From assembly GCA_965222115.1 (NCBI GenBank), contig CBDCTJ010000007.1, forward strand, positions 960,001-1,024,000: a DNA stretch of 64,000 nt. The letters run 5' to 3'. The position numbers and the translations under genes are program-made. Positions 63,247 through 64,000 of this stretch are shown piece by piece. Below the pieces are notes generated by a model, which had not been told where the DNA came from, did not search any database, and saw only the letters and a list, made by a program, of their open reading frames with translations. The stretch comes from Planctomycetota bacterium (GTDB lineage: Bacteria > Planctomycetota > PLA2 > JAEUHO01). How positions within the stretch are numbered: the stretch's first letter is position 1; each line of letters starts with the position of its first letter.

Positions 63247-63594
63247 ATGAAACGTGTCGTAGACGTCACTGGCATCATCGCAACGCGTGGCGATAAGATG
63301 GCCAAGCACAACTTGTTTGAAACCGCGCGATGCTTTGCCGACGTGTACGTGCTTGCGCCGGGGCAAGCCCAACCCGTACACCGTCACGAGGGCGAAGATA
63401 AGTTCTATTACGTGCTTTCGGGGCGTGGACGCGTGACATCGGGGGACGCCGCGCATGACGTGAGTCCCGGTTCGATCGTTTTTTGCCCTGCAGGCGACCC
63501 GCACGGCGTCGCAAACGACGCAACCGCCGAGCAGAACCTGCGACTTCTGGTATTTATGGCACCTCACCCGCGCGCATCGCAATTCGAGTCGTGA
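63247..63594 (+). CDS. Cupin domain protein
   Basis: PGQAQPVHRHEGEDKFYYVLSG and PAGDPHGV motifs. Confidence 0.9.
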   Translation: MKRVVDVTGIIATRGDKMAKHNLFETARCFADVYVLAPGQAQPVHRHEGEDKFYYVLSGRGRVTSGDAAHDVSPGSIVFCPAGDPHGVANDATAEQNLRLLVFMAPHPRASQFES

Positions 63595-63653
63595 ATCGAA
63601 CACAGTCGCGTATCGAGGCGTAGGGCGTTGCATGGAAATGACGGAGGTTAGGC

Positions 63654-64000
63654 ATGTCCACACGTGTTTGTGTCGTACTGAGTGGTTGCGGATTCAAAGA
63701 TGGCGCCGAGATTCACGAGAGCGTTCTTACGTTGCTCGCCCTCGATCGCGCAGGCGCCACGGTTTCGTGTTTCGCACCCAACATTGCCCAGTCCACTGTG
63801 GTCGATCACGTCACGGGGGAGGCGACCCAGGAGTCTAGAAATGTCTTGGTGGAATCGGCACGCATTGCCCGTGGCGAGATTGCCGATGTTGCAGAGGCCG
63901 ACGCGGAAGACTTCGACGCGCTTATCTTGCCGGGTGGCTTTGGCGCGGCACTCAACTTATCCAATTTTGCAAGCGAAGGCGTCAAGGCCACGGTTGACCC
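63654..64000 (+). CDS. elbB: ElbB / DJ-1-PfpI family glyoxalase, partial (runs off right edge; absent from ORF track)
   Basis: Manual translation MSTRVCVVLSGCGFKDGAEIHESV...RNVLVESARIARG...LILPGGFGAA; RBS GGAGG. Confidence 0.92.
   Translation, partial: MSTRVCVVLSGCGFKDGAEIHESVLTLLALDRAGATVSCFAPNIAQSTVVDHVTGEATQESRNVLVESARIARGEIADVAEADAEDFDALILPGGFGAALNLSNFASEGVKATVD

Overview
High-GC bacterial chromosomal segment, most likely Planctomycetota. This is an inference from the secreted HEAT-VWA, HEAT-prenyltransferase/squalene-cyclase-like, carboxypeptidase-regulatory-repeat and secretin-like proteins. About 50 genes are present, mostly housekeeping or metabolic: fatty acid desaturase, two AAA+/VWA pairs, bacilliredoxin, ligA, groES-groEL, PFOR, gdhA, RlmI-type methyltransferase, nadE, rnd, pruA, MocA-like and elbB. 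There is one complete group II intron (43713-45636) with an RT/maturase ORF lacking an endonuclease domain. The most notable observations are five. (1) A full-length NifB-architecture protein has lost its Fe-S cysteine motifs and has no nif genes nearby. (2) The intron sits inside the first unit of a degenerate, roughly regularly spaced repeat array. (3) A second REP/REPIN-like palindromic repeat family occurs at two loci. (4) A sigma-54 promoter with upstream palindromes and an IHF-like tract precedes a pseudo-receiver gene just before groESL. (5) A candidate multi-stem RNA lies inside a GT2 / HD-GYP / PilZ c-di-GMP neighbourhood. Two edge genes missing from the ORF track were read manually. 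All family assignments are by motif recognition and no searches were run.
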